From the NCBI GenBank assembly GCA_964484655.1, contig CAZAFA010000001.1, positions 97,518 to 161,517 of the forward strand: DNA of 64,000 nucleotides. Reading direction: 5' to 3'. Positions 1 through 7,802 of the stretch are shown piece by piece. This stretch comes from an uncultured Candidatus Saccharibacteria bacterium (GTDB taxonomy: Bacteria > Patescibacteriota > Minisyncoccia > UBA6257 > 2-01-FULL-56-20). The position numbers and the translations under genes are program-made. The first letter of the stretch is position 1. Every line of letters begins with the position of its first letter. The notes under the pieces were generated by a model, which searched no databases, had not been told where the DNA came from, and saw only the letters and a program-made list of their open reading frames with translations.

Positions 1-158
1 TCCCGGTCATGACCCACGGCCGCTCCCTCGAGGAGCTGATCGAGAACATGGAAAGGGCGATCGCGCTGTTCCTCAGCGAGGACGGCCTGGCGCCGGGGCC
101 GGGTGAGGAGGAGTCCGTGGTCGCGGTGCGGATCGCCCTTCCGGACTGCCCGGCGTAG
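1..158 (+). CDS. 3' end of a HicB-like (UPF0150) antitoxin-family protein; partial, 5' end outside window
   Basis: Frame 3 reads ...THGRSLEELIENMERAIALFLSED... to a TAG at 156-158. The G-x-[ST]-LEEAL-N motif matches HicB/DUF1902-type antitoxins. Third codon positions are GC-rich, as in other coding regions here. Confidence 0.35.
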   Translation, partial: PVMTHGRSLEELIENMERAIALFLSEDGLAPGPGEEESVVAVRIALPDCPA

Positions 159-199
159 GTATTGCGTAGTCGGGGGTTTTCCAGTACTGTGCCCCGGCA

Positions 200-595
200 A
201 TGCTTTCACTCAAGCTCCAGCGCATCGGACGCCGCCACCAGCCCGCTTACCGGGTCGTGGTAGCCGAGAGCCGCTCCAAGCTCATCGCGCCTCCGATCGA
301 GGACCTGGGCTCCTACAACCCGTTCACGAAGGCACTCAACGTCAAGGCTGATCGCGTCCAGTACTGGGTCGGCGTCGGCGCTCAGCCGACGGTGACGGTC
401 CACAACCTGCTCGCCAAGGGGGGCATCCTGGACGCGAAGCCGATCAAGCTCGCCATGCCGCCGAAGCCTCCGGTTGAGGAGCAGCCGGAAGAGACCCCCG
501 CCGCAGTAGCGGAGACGCCCGCGGCGGAGGAGCCTGCCGCCACGGAGGCGAGCGAGGAAGCGGCAGGCGATGCCGCCGAGGAGGCCGAAGCGTAA
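200..595 (+). CDS. rpsP: 30S ribosomal protein S16 with an acidic Ala/Glu/Pro-rich C-terminal extension
   Basis: N-terminal MLSLKLQRIGRRHQPAYRVVVAESRSK...GSYNP matches the S16 family, and the typical KH-protein gene follows. The C-terminal ~50 aa are low-complexity. Confidence 0.85.
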   Translation: MLSLKLQRIGRRHQPAYRVVVAESRSKLIAPPIEDLGSYNPFTKALNVKADRVQYWVGVGAQPTVTVHNLLAKGGILDAKPIKLAMPPKPPVEEQPEETPAAVAETPAAEEPAATEASEEAAGDAAEEAEA

Positions 596-642
596 GCTCC
601 GGCCTCTGCTATACTGCACGCGCATTCGCAACACCGACTGAT

Positions 643-930
643 ATGAGCAACCACGCCGATACCGCATTCCTGGAATACGTCGTCCAGTCGCTCGTCGATC
701 ATCCCGACGAGGTGAAGGTCGAGCGCAAGGTTGACGAACGCGGCGTCCTCCTGACCCTGCACGTGAATCCGCAGGACATGGGATACATCGTCGGCCGCGG
801 CGGCACGACCGCGAAGGCGATCCGGACGCTGCTGCGTATCGTCGGCATCCGCAACAACGCGCGCGTGAACCTCAAGGTGGAGGAGCCCGAGGGGAGCGGC
901 CGGCGCCGCTCGTTCGAGCCCAGCGAGTAG
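643..930 (+). CDS. KH-domain RNA-binding protein (UPF0109/YlqC-like)
   Basis: ~95 aa with IVGRGGTTAKAIRTLL (KH GXXG loop), in the conserved position after rpsP. Confidence 0.8.
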   Translation: MSNHADTAFLEYVVQSLVDHPDEVKVERKVDERGVLLTLHVNPQDMGYIVGRGGTTAKAIRTLLRIVGIRNNARVNLKVEEPEGSGRRRSFEPSE

Positions 931-960
931 GCAGGAGCGCCGCCGGAAGGCGGCGCTGCC

Positions 961-977
961 TTTATCGTCCCTTTATC
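961..977 (+). promoter_or_regulatory. Direct repeat TTTATC-N5-TTTATC, putative OmpR-family response-regulator box, 14 nt upstream of the HK start
   Basis: TTTATCgtcccTTTATC with 11-bp periodicity. The same box plus the following TCCG..TACGATG..CGCATG is repeated upstream of the response regulator at 13991-14031. Confidence 0.45.
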
Positions 978-990
978 TCCGGTTGATACG

Positions 991-2529
991 ATGATCCGCA
1001 TGGATCTCGTCGTCGGATTGGCAGTGAGCGCCTATGCCTTCGGCCTCGGCGTCTTCCTGCTCGCGCAGCGGGGCGGGGATGCGTTCCGCTTCGCCGGCGT
1101 GGCGTTCTCCTCGGGGGCGTACGTGCTCTCGCTGACGCTGCTGTTCTTCACCGAGCGCTTCGTCTTCAGTCATGCCGCGATCCTCTCGGGTGCCGCGACC
1201 TTGGCCGCGATCTTCCTCTTCTCGATCTCGTTCCGCCGCCAGCCGCGCCCCTGGGAGTACGCGCTCGCGCTGCCGCTCCTCGGTCTCGCCGCCGCCGACC
1301 TGTCGGGCGCTTTCGTCATCGGCATCCGGCACGGGCCGGACGGCATCGCGCCCGTGCACGGGCCGTACGCTCCGGCGCTCCTTCTCGTGACGCTCGGGTA
1401 CGCGCTCGCGAGCCTCGTGATGCTCTACCGGGCGCGCTATCGCTCACGCGGGCGCTGGCACCAGCAGGCGCGCTACGTATTCCTCGCGCTGCTGGTGCTC
1501 CTCGCGAGCATCCTCGCGTTCAACGTCGCCGCTCCGCTCCGCGGCATGGCCGACGCGAACATGATGACTGCGCTCAGTCTCCTCGCGTTCCTCGCCATAG
1601 TCACCTACGCGCTGACGCATCGCGGGCTCTTCTCGGCGCGGCTCCTGCTCACAGGCGCCACGGCCGCCGCGCTCGCCCCGGTCTGCGCGGCGCTCGGCAT
1701 CGGCGCAGGCTTCGCCTTCGTCGCGATCCTGCGGATCCCGCCGAGCGAGCCGGTGCTCCTGACCGTCGCAGCTCTGGGCGCCGCCGCCGGCATCGCCTTC
1801 GCCGAGACGATCAGGCCGAGGAGCGCGCTGTTCCTGCAGCGCGTGCTCGGCGACCGTCCGACGCATGGACAGGAAGCGGAGCGGCGGATGATCGCGGAGA
1901 TCGTGCACGACCTACAGACGCCGCTCGCGGTCCTGCGTACGGAGACCGAGGGAGCGGGGCTCGAGCCCTTGCCGCGCGCACGCGCGCTGCGCGCCGTCGA
2001 CGACTTGAGCGCGCGCATCCGCCGCCTCGCGGAATTCGCCCGCGCCGGCATGCCGGTCAGGCAGGCGGCGGAACCGGTCCGGCTGGACCGGATCGTCGCC
2101 GAGGTCGCCGAGTATGTCGGCGTGGTCGCAGCTGAGCGCGGCGTGCGTCTCGCGCTGGAGACCAATCAGGTCCGCGTACGCGGAAGGCGCGCGGACCTGG
2201 AGGCGCTCGTGACGAACCTGCTGAGCAACGCGCTCGAGCACGCGTCGCGCGGTACCGCGCCTCACGAGGTCTTCATCTCCTGCGGGAGCGAGCATGAGCA
2301 TGCGGTGCTTAAGGTAGGGGATACCGGTCCCGGGATGCCGGCAGCGGAGCGCGCACGCGCCTGCGAGCCGTTCTACCGGGCGCCGGGGACGCGAGGCAGC
2401 CCCGGCATGGGCCTCGGCCTCGCGATCGCGCGCCAGGTCGCCGTCGCGCACGGCGGCACGCTCGCTCTCGACGAGCGTCCCGGCGGCGGCCTGCTCGCGA
2501 CGGCGCGCCTGCCCGAGCTGGTACACTGA
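991..2529 (+). CDS. Sensor histidine kinase (multi-TM N-terminus, HisKA plus HATPase_c)
   Basis: Hydrophobic N-terminal half. The H-box EIVHDLQTPLAVL carries the phosphorylatable His and the G2 box is GMGLGLAIARQVAVAHGGTL. A second in-frame ATG at 1000 is an alternative start. Confidence 0.8.
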   Translation: MIRMDLVVGLAVSAYAFGLGVFLLAQRGGDAFRFAGVAFSSGAYVLSLTLLFFTERFVFSHAAILSGAATLAAIFLFSISFRRQPRPWEYALALPLLGLAAADLSGAFVIGIRHGPDGIAPVHGPYAPALLLVTLGYALASLVMLYRARYRSRGRWHQQARYVFLALLVLLASILAFNVAAPLRGMADANMMTALSLLAFLAIVTYALTHRGLFSARLLLTGATAAALAPVCAALGIGAGFAFVAILRIPPSEPVLLTVAALGAAAGIAFAETIRPRSALFLQRVLGDRPTHGQEAERRMIAEIVHDLQTPLAVLRTETEGAGLEPLPRARALRAVDDLSARIRRLAEFARAGMPVRQAAEPVRLDRIVAEVAEYVGVVAAERGVRLALETNQVRVRGRRADLEALVTNLLSNALEHASRGTAPHEVFISCGSEHEHAVLKVGDTGPGMPAAERARACEPFYRAPGTRGSPGMGLGLAIARQVAVAHGGTLALDERPGGGLLATARLPELVH

Positions 2530-2533
2530 GCCC

Positions 2534-3286
2534 ATGCCACGCACGTACGCCCTCCCTTCCACCGATCTCATGCTCAGCCATGCGCCGCAGCCGTACCGCA
2601 TCGCCGTCCGCGACCTCCCGCGCGAGGAGCGCCCGCGGGAGAGGCTCGTCGAGCGCGGCCCCCAGGAGCTGAGCATGGCCGAGCTGCTCGCCGTCGTCTT
2701 CGGCGTCGGCAGCAGGGGAGAGGAGGTCCTCGCGCTCAGCCACCGCATCCTGCGCGAGTACGGCGAGCGCGCCGTCACCGAGCAGCGCGACGCGCGCGTG
2801 CTCGCCGCGGCCGCGGATATCCCGCTCGGGAAGGCGGCGCAGCTGATCGCCTGCTTCGAGCTGGGGCGGAGGCTCTTCCGCGATCCCGCGCCGGGCGGGC
2901 AGCAGGTCATACTGCGCGGGATCGAGCAGGTGGTCGCGCACGTCGGTTCGATGCGCGGCCTCGCCAAGGAGCAGCTGCGCGGCCTCTACCTCAACGCGCA
3001 CTTCGGCGTCATCCACGAGGAGGTCCTCTCCGTCGGCACGCTCACCGGGAGCCTCGTGCATCCCCGCGAGGTCTTTCAGCCGGCGCTCGCGTACGGCGCT
3101 TCCGCGCTCATCCTCGTGCACAACCATCCCTCGGGCGTGGCGGAGCCGAGCGATGCCGATCTTGCCGTCACCGCCCAGATCGTCGCGGCCGGCCGCATCC
3201 TCGGCATCGCCGTGCTCGATCACGTGATCGTCACCAAGCACTCATTCACCAGCATCCCCGCATCCTACGATGAACCACAACCGTGA
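2534..3286 (+). CDS. radC: RadC-like JAB/MPN domain protein (UPF0758)
   Basis: C-terminal LILVHNHPSG...PS.AD JAMM motif at typical RadC length. Starts 5 nt after the HK stop. Confidence 0.8.
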   Translation: MPRTYALPSTDLMLSHAPQPYRIAVRDLPREERPRERLVERGPQELSMAELLAVVFGVGSRGEEVLALSHRILREYGERAVTEQRDARVLAAAADIPLGKAAQLIACFELGRRLFRDPAPGGQQVILRGIEQVVAHVGSMRGLAKEQLRGLYLNAHFGVIHEEVLSVGTLTGSLVHPREVFQPALAYGASALILVHNHPSGVAEPSDADLAVTAQIVAAGRILGIAVLDHVIVTKHSFTSIPASYDEPQP

Positions 3287-3560
3287 CTACCGCCTCTCGC
3301 CGGCGCTGCTCGTGACCGCCGACGGGTGGATCGCCCACTCGCTGCTCGTCCGTGACGAGCCGGTCTCTGCGCGCCGCCTCCGCGAGCATCTCGCCGCGGT
3401 ACATGCGCGCCTCGTCGACCGCCTCGGCGGCCTGGTCGAGCGTGAGACGGCGCCGCAGCGCCGCGAGGAGCGCGAGCTCCGCTTCATGCTCGACGAGCTC
3501 ATAGAGGCCCTCCACCGGCTCGCGGCGGAGCGCGATCCCGGATCCGACGTGGTATCCTGA
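3270..3560 (+). CDS. Hypothetical protein
   Basis: 96-aa ORF with strong third-position GC bias. It overlaps the radC end by 17 nt and has no recognisable domain. Confidence 0.35.
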   Translation: MNHNRDYRLSPALLVTADGWIAHSLLVRDEPVSARRLREHLAAVHARLVDRLGGLVERETAPQRREERELRFMLDELIEALHRLAAERDPGSDVVS

Positions 3561-3565
3561 TACCC

Positions 3566-4624
3566 ATGACAGCGCGCCGCGAAGCCCGCTTCCTCCTGTT
3601 CTCGCTGCTGGCGGTCGCCGCCCTCGTGGCGATGATCGTCCTGCCGTACGTGAACACGCTCACGCTCGCCGTGGTGCTCGGCATCGTGTTCTCGCCGCTC
3701 GCCGGACGCCTCCGGAAAGCCGTGCGGAGCGAAGCGCTCGCGGCTGGCCTGACGCTGCTGATCGCGCTCATCCTGGTCATCACGCCGCTCGCGTTCTTCG
3801 GCTACCAGGCGGGACAGGAGGCCTTCGGCCTCTACGAGCGGCTGACGCGCGACCACACGTTCGGGGAGCTGAGCACGGCCTCCCTGCCGCTGCAGCGCCT
3901 CACGGGCGCCCTTCCTGAGGGAATCCGCGGGCTCGTTCCCGAGACGCTCGACCTCGGTCCCATACTGCGATCGGCAGGCGCCTGGATCGTCGAGCGCGCC
4001 GGATCCCTGTTCGGGATCCTCACGAGCCTCGCCCTCGAGCTCTTCCTGCTGATCATCGGCACGTACTACGTCATCAAGGACGGGCGGCGCTTCGTGGACT
4101 ACCTGGTCGGCCTCGTGCCGCTCGAGGCTTCCTACGACCGCGTGCTCTTCGACAAGCTGCACGCGAGCGTGATCTCGGTCGTCCGCGGCGCGCTCGTCAT
4201 CGCCGTCATCCAGGGCGCGGCGGCGGGCCTCGGATTCTTCGTCTTCGGCGTCCCGAACGCGGCGCTCTGGGGAGCGGCGACGACCGTGGCCGCGCTCATC
4301 CCGATCGTGGGCACCTCGATCACGCTCGTGCCTGCCGTGGCCTACCTCGTGCTGACCGGCCAGCCCGTGCTCGCCGCATTCCTCGCGCTCTGGGGCGTCC
4401 TCATCGTGGGCCTCGTGGACAACTTCTTCCGCGGACAGGTCATGAAGCGGGGCATGGACATCCACCCGTTCTTCATCCTGCTCTCCGTGCTCGGCGGCCT
4501 CGAGTTCTTCGGGCCGATCGGCTTCATCTCCGGTCCGCTCCTGCTCTCGGTCCTCGTGGCGCTCCTCGACATCTACAAGAGCTTCAGGGGACGCCTTGAC
4601 GCGCCTGCTACACTGAACCCATGA
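3566..4624 (+). CDS. AI-2E family transporter (PerM/UPF0118-like permease)
   Basis: 352 aa, about 8 predicted TM helices, family-typical layout with a long loop containing ...YYVIKDGRRFVDYL... Confidence 0.7.
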   Translation: MTARREARFLLFSLLAVAALVAMIVLPYVNTLTLAVVLGIVFSPLAGRLRKAVRSEALAAGLTLLIALILVITPLAFFGYQAGQEAFGLYERLTRDHTFGELSTASLPLQRLTGALPEGIRGLVPETLDLGPILRSAGAWIVERAGSLFGILTSLALELFLLIIGTYYVIKDGRRFVDYLVGLVPLEASYDRVLFDKLHASVISVVRGALVIAVIQGAAAGLGFFVFGVPNAALWGAATTVAALIPIVGTSITLVPAVAYLVLTGQPVLAAFLALWGVLIVGLVDNFFRGQVMKRGMDIHPFFILLSVLGGLEFFGPIGFISGPLLLSVLVALLDIYKSFRGRLDAPATLNP

Positions 4625-4875
4625 AGCGCGTAACGATCTATACCACACACAACTGCCATTTCTGTCACCTGGCCAAGGAGTACTTCAAGCAGCACAACGT
4701 GCCCTACCAGGAGAAGGACGTGGAGACGGACGTCGCCGCGCAGCGCGAGATGATCGAGAAGACCGGCCAGTTCGGCGTGCCGGTCATCGAGCTCGCCGAG
4801 GAGGACGGGAGCAACCCGCAGTACGTGATCGGCTTCGAGCGCGAGCTCCTGGCTCGCGAGCTTTCCATCGCCTAG
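4621..4875 (+). CDS. Glutaredoxin-like/NrdH-like small redoxin
   Basis: 84 aa, N-terminal beta-strand then a CHFC (CxxC) active site, and GVP..IG later. The ATGA start overlaps the transporter stop by 4 nt. Confidence 0.7.
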   Translation: MKRVTIYTTHNCHFCHLAKEYFKQHNVPYQEKDVETDVAAQREMIEKTGQFGVPVIELAEEDGSNPQYVIGFERELLARELSIA

Positions 4876-4880
4876 GAGGC

Positions 4881-5222
4881 GTGGCGTTCCTGCCGCACGC
4901 CCGGAACCTGATCTGGACGGCGCACAGCCGTGACAAGATGCGCCAGTACCGTCTCGGTGAGGGGCGCATCCGGCGCATCCTCAACAGCCCGCACCGCGTC
5001 GAGGAGGGGATAGCGGAAGGCACCGTCGCGATGATGCAGCGGAGCGACGGCAAGAACCCGTACGAGCTCTGGGTGATGATCGTCGACGAGCAGAAGGGGC
5101 GGAAGGTGATCTCCGCCTGGCGCTACCCGGGCGTGACCGAGCCGCGGAACGAGCTGCCCGCAGCCGTGAAGCACGGCCTCCAGCGGGCTATCGAGGAGGC
5201 GCTTGGGGAAAACGGCGTTTGA
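4881..5222 (+). CDS. Hypothetical protein, possibly DUF4258-like
   Basis: 113 aa. The motif AHSRDKMRQYRLGEGRIRRIL resembles the H..R...R.I core of DUF4258 proteins. Assignment is weak. Confidence 0.4.
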   Translation: MAFLPHARNLIWTAHSRDKMRQYRLGEGRIRRILNSPHRVEEGIAEGTVAMMQRSDGKNPYELWVMIVDEQKGRKVISAWRYPGVTEPRNELPAAVKHGLQRAIEEALGENGV

Positions 5223-5246
5223 CACGCGTCAGGCCCGGCGTACCAT
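5219..5246 (+). promoter_or_regulatory. Sigma70-like promoter (TTGACA-16-TACCAT) overlapping the stop of the upstream gene
   Basis: TTGACA at 5219-5224, a 16-nt spacer, then TACCAT at 5241-5246. It would start a ~150-nt leader that ends at the terminator at 5374-5408. Confidence 0.35.
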
Positions 5247-5373
5247 TCCTGACATGGCGCAAGCCACCAATTCCCGCATCTGGTCCGTTACGTGCATGCA
5301 CGCAGTGTTTGCGCGTCTTTACGTATCCAGATAGCGGGAAGGTTTCGTCTACAGCATCCAACGTACCTGTACA

Positions 5374-5408
5374 CCTCCTCCCCGCATCGCGGGGAGGAGG
5401 TGTTTTTC
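5374..5408 (+). terminator. Rho-independent terminator or attenuator hairpin that sequesters the pepA SD
   Basis: 12-bp perfect stem CCTCCTCCCCGC/GCGGGGAGGAGG with a 3-nt loop, followed by TGTTTTTC. The GGAGG of the right arm is the only SD-like sequence before the pepA ATG at 5414. Confidence 0.6.
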
Positions 5409-5413
5409 ATCCC

Positions 5414-6865
5414 ATGACCATCACCCCCACCACAGAACCCGACGCTGACGCCGTGCCTGCCGTGATCCTCGCCGGCCCGGCGCCGGCGGGCGCGTTCGGC
5501 GCGGGCCGGCTCTCCAAGGCCGACGCCGCCTATCTCGCGACCGCGCTCGCCAGCGAGCACCGGCCCGACTTCGCGCGCCTGACGACGCTGCCGAGCGGCG
5601 CGCGCGCCATCGTGCTGCGCTCACGGAGCAAGCTGACGCACCGTGCGCTCATCCGCGCCGTGCGACGCGTCGTGCGCATCGCGCTCGAGGAGCGGATCCC
5701 GTCGATCGCGCTGCCGTTCGACGCCCTCGCCGCAGGGAGCGCCTACGCGCCGCCGCAGCTCGCCGAGGTCGTCGCGACGCAGGTCCTGCTGGCATCCTTC
5801 GACTACGTCGCGTACAAGGCGCCTCCCGCGGAGGGCTGGTTCGCGTTCGAGCGCGTCGCTCTGGTGACCCGGTTCCCGCGCAGGATCGCGCGAGCGGCCG
5901 AAGCCGGCGTGATCGTCGGCGAGGAGAGCAACGCGGCGCGGGCGCTCTCCAACACGCCGGGAGGGGACATGACGCCGGCGCTGCTCGCGGAGCACGCGAA
6001 GCGGCTCGCCCGCATCCCGGGCGTGCGCGTGAAGGTGCTGGACGCCGTTGCCATGGAGAAGCTCGGCATGGGCGGGGTGCTCGGCGTCGGGCGCGGATCG
6101 GCCGTGCCTCCGCGTTTCATCGTCGCGGAATACCGCGGCGGCGGCGATGCGGCGCCGACGGTCCTCGTCGGCAAGGGCGTCACCTTCGATACGGGCGGCA
6201 TCAACATCAAGGTGGCCGGCGCGAGCTACGAGATGCACCTCGACATGTCCGGCGGCGCCACGGTGCTGCACGCGCTTGCCGCGCTCGCGCGCATGAAGGC
6301 GAAGCGCAACGTCGTGGCGCTCGTGCCCGCGGTCGAGAACATGCCATCCGGCGAGAGCTACCGCCCCGGCGACCTCCTCAGGTCCCTCTCGGGCAAGACG
6401 ATCGAGGTGCTCAACACGGACGCCGAGGGACGGGTCATCCTCGCCGACGCGCTCACGTACGCGGAGCGGTACAAGCCGAGGGAGGTCGTCGACGTCGCGA
6501 CGCTGACCGGTGCCGCGGTCGTCTCGCTGGGCCTGCGCATGTCCGGGCTCTTCACCCCTGACGACGCCTTCGCGGACCGCCTCAGGGCGGCCGGCGACCT
6601 CGCGGGTGATCCCGTCTGGCGGCTTCCGCTCTGGGAGGAGCACGAGGGCGAAGTGAAGGGAACCTTCGGCGACGTCGCGAACATGGGCAAGCACAAGACG
6701 TACGGCGGCGCGATCGCGGGAGCGGCCTTCCTCTGGCAGTTCGCCAAGGCGTACCGCTGGGCGCATATCGACATCGCTCCACGCATGACCGCCATCGACG
6801 ACGAATGCCTCGGCAAGGGCTCGGTCGCGGCAGGGCTGCAGATGCTCGTCACGTACCTCCGCTAA
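5414..6865 (+). CDS. pepA: Leucyl aminopeptidase (M17 family)
   Basis: The C-terminal catalytic domain has VLVGKGVTFDTGG and the NTDAEGR signature. The ORF track extends to 5219, but that stretch contains the terminator hairpin, so the start is placed at the ATG at 5414. Confidence 0.85.
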   Translation: MTITPTTEPDADAVPAVILAGPAPAGAFGAGRLSKADAAYLATALASEHRPDFARLTTLPSGARAIVLRSRSKLTHRALIRAVRRVVRIALEERIPSIALPFDALAAGSAYAPPQLAEVVATQVLLASFDYVAYKAPPAEGWFAFERVALVTRFPRRIARAAEAGVIVGEESNAARALSNTPGGDMTPALLAEHAKRLARIPGVRVKVLDAVAMEKLGMGGVLGVGRGSAVPPRFIVAEYRGGGDAAPTVLVGKGVTFDTGGINIKVAGASYEMHLDMSGGATVLHALAALARMKAKRNVVALVPAVENMPSGESYRPGDLLRSLSGKTIEVLNTDAEGRVILADALTYAERYKPREVVDVATLTGAAVVSLGLRMSGLFTPDDAFADRLRAAGDLAGDPVWRLPLWEEHEGEVKGTFGDVANMGKHKTYGGAIAGAAFLWQFAKAYRWAHIDIAPRMTAIDDECLGKGSVAAGLQMLVTYLR

Positions 6866-6882
6866 TGCGGCGCGATGCATTT

Positions 6883-6910
6883 CCAGGGGAGCTCCCGCTG
6901 GCTCCCCTGG
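6883..6910 (+). terminator. GC-rich hairpin after pepA, no U-tract
   Basis: CCAGGGGAGC-tcccgctg-GCTCCCCTGG (10-bp stem) 18 nt after the pepA stop. Confidence 0.4.
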
Positions 6911-6992
6911 AAAGCTGACCCCTGCGAATGGACCCCGGTCGATTCAAGGGACGCAGCTTATACAAAGGAATAATGAGGAGAAGGAGAACGCC

Positions 6993-7199
6993 ATGAAGAA
7001 GAAGGAACTGCCAGGAGAGAAGCAGCGCCGCCGTGCCACGACGCGGCAGCATTCGGACGAGCACGCCGACCGCGGCGAGACCTACGAGGGCGCGACCGAG
7101 CGCGTGGACAGCATAGACGGCACCGGTGCCAGGAGCTCCGGCGGATCGAGCTTCGACGGGTCGGACAGCGGCTACGTCGGCGCGATGCTCGTCGGATGA
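6993..7199 (+). CDS. Small hydrophilic hypothetical protein (68 aa)
   Basis: Strong RBS AGGAGAAGGAGA 5 nt upstream of the ATG and coding-like third-position GC. Followed immediately by a terminator. Confidence 0.45.
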   Translation: MKKKELPGEKQRRRATTRQHSDEHADRGETYEGATERVDSIDGTGARSSGGSSFDGSDSGYVGAMLVG

Positions 7200-7203
7200 G
7201 AAG

Positions 7204-7230
7204 GAAGCAGCTACGGCTGCTTCTTCGTTG
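7204..7230 (+). terminator. Rho-independent terminator
   Basis: GAAGCAGC-tacg-GCTGCTTC followed by TTCTTCGTT, 5 nt after the stop. Confidence 0.55.
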
Positions 7231-7244
7231 TGCACACGAGCGGT

Positions 7245-7272
7245 TTGACTACGAGGGAAAGCGCGCGATAAT
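7245..7272 (+). promoter_or_regulatory. Orphan sigma70-like promoter TTGACT-16-GATAAT
   Basis: Near-consensus -35 and -10 with a 16-nt spacer and no obvious protein gene downstream before a terminator at ~7386. Confidence 0.45.
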
Positions 7273-7278
7273 GAGCGC

Positions 7279-7416
7279 ATCATGCGACGCATGCCCGCCT
7301 CCCGCTTCCAGGCCATCTGCTCGACGGCCATCTTCGCGACCCTTCGTCGCGGGCAGGGGACACGGTAGGAAGCGCGCTACTGAAACCCCCTGCCCGAACG
7401 GCAGGGGGTTTTCGTT
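7279..7416 (+). ncRNA. Candidate small RNA or small-ORF transcript (~135 nt) bounded by promoter and terminator
   Basis: Predicted TSS ~7279. The terminator is CCCCCTGCC-cgaac-GGCAGGGGG plus TTTTCGTT at 7386-7416. The only ORFs inside are 28-33 codons or read through the terminator. Confidence 0.3.
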
Positions 7417-7507
7417 CGCGGATTGGGATCGTGCCTCGCACTCCCCAGTCCGGGAAACCGGCTGGAGGACGCAGTTCTTTTATTTCAACTCGTAGGAGCA
7501 CGCACAT

Positions 7508-7723
7508 ATGACCGAAGCAACGAAGATTGGCGAGGAGCTATCGCCCATTACGAACGACCTGGACATCGATCCGTTCGGATCGACGTTCGACGCCCTGCAT
7601 GACTCGTCGGCAGGCAACCGGCGGTTCCGCCTCGGCGGAGCCCCGCCCAAGCGCGACCTGGACTCTCTCGCGGACGAGGAGCCACCAGAGAAGCGTTATA
7701 CCGGCAGCGATAGCTGGCGATGA
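7508..7723 (+). CDS. Small acidic hypothetical protein (71 aa)
   Basis: RBS TAGGAG 8 nt upstream, coding-like codon bias, terminator after the stop. Confidence 0.4.
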   Translation: MTEATKIGEELSPITNDLDIDPFGSTFDALHDSSAGNRRFRLGGAPPKRDLDSLADEEPPEKRYTGSDSWR

Positions 7724-7749
7724 GCGGATCCCCGCTCCCAATACAAATC

Positions 7750-7770
7750 AGGCACCTCAGTGCCTTTTTT
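7750..7770 (+). terminator. Rho-independent terminator
   Basis: AGGCAC-ctca-GTGCCT followed by TTTTTT. Confidence 0.6.
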
Positions 7771-7784
7771 GTTACGCGCGGTGC

Positions 7785-7793
7785 TGTTAGGAT
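7785..7793 (+). promoter_or_regulatory. Extended -10 (TGtTAGGAT) 9 nt upstream of the ychF ATG; leaderless-type promoter
   Basis: TG-n-TAGGAT at 7785-7793 and ATG at 7803. The same TGcTAGGAT sits 6 nt before the hpf ATG. Confidence 0.4.
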
Positions 7794-7802
7794 GGCCCGG
7801 CA

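Noticed and set aside
3287-4648. 453-aa ORF on the minus strand, antisense to the AI-2E transporter and radC region
   Set aside because: Arg/Glu/Asp/His-rich low-complexity translation typical of the antisense frame of high-GC genes, with no start or RBS context. The sense-strand genes have clear homology.
5219-5413. N-terminal 65 codons of the track ORF 5219..6865 as part of pepA
   Set aside because: This stretch contains a perfect 12-bp terminator hairpin and U-tract and has no M17 homology. The first ATG after it (5414) begins the conserved sequence.
7196-7495. 99-aa ORF spanning the orphan promoter-terminator region
   Set aside because: It reads straight through a strong intrinsic terminator, has Arg/Pro/Ser-rich composition, and starts inside the preceding gene's stop region. 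An sRNA or tiny peptide is a better explanation.
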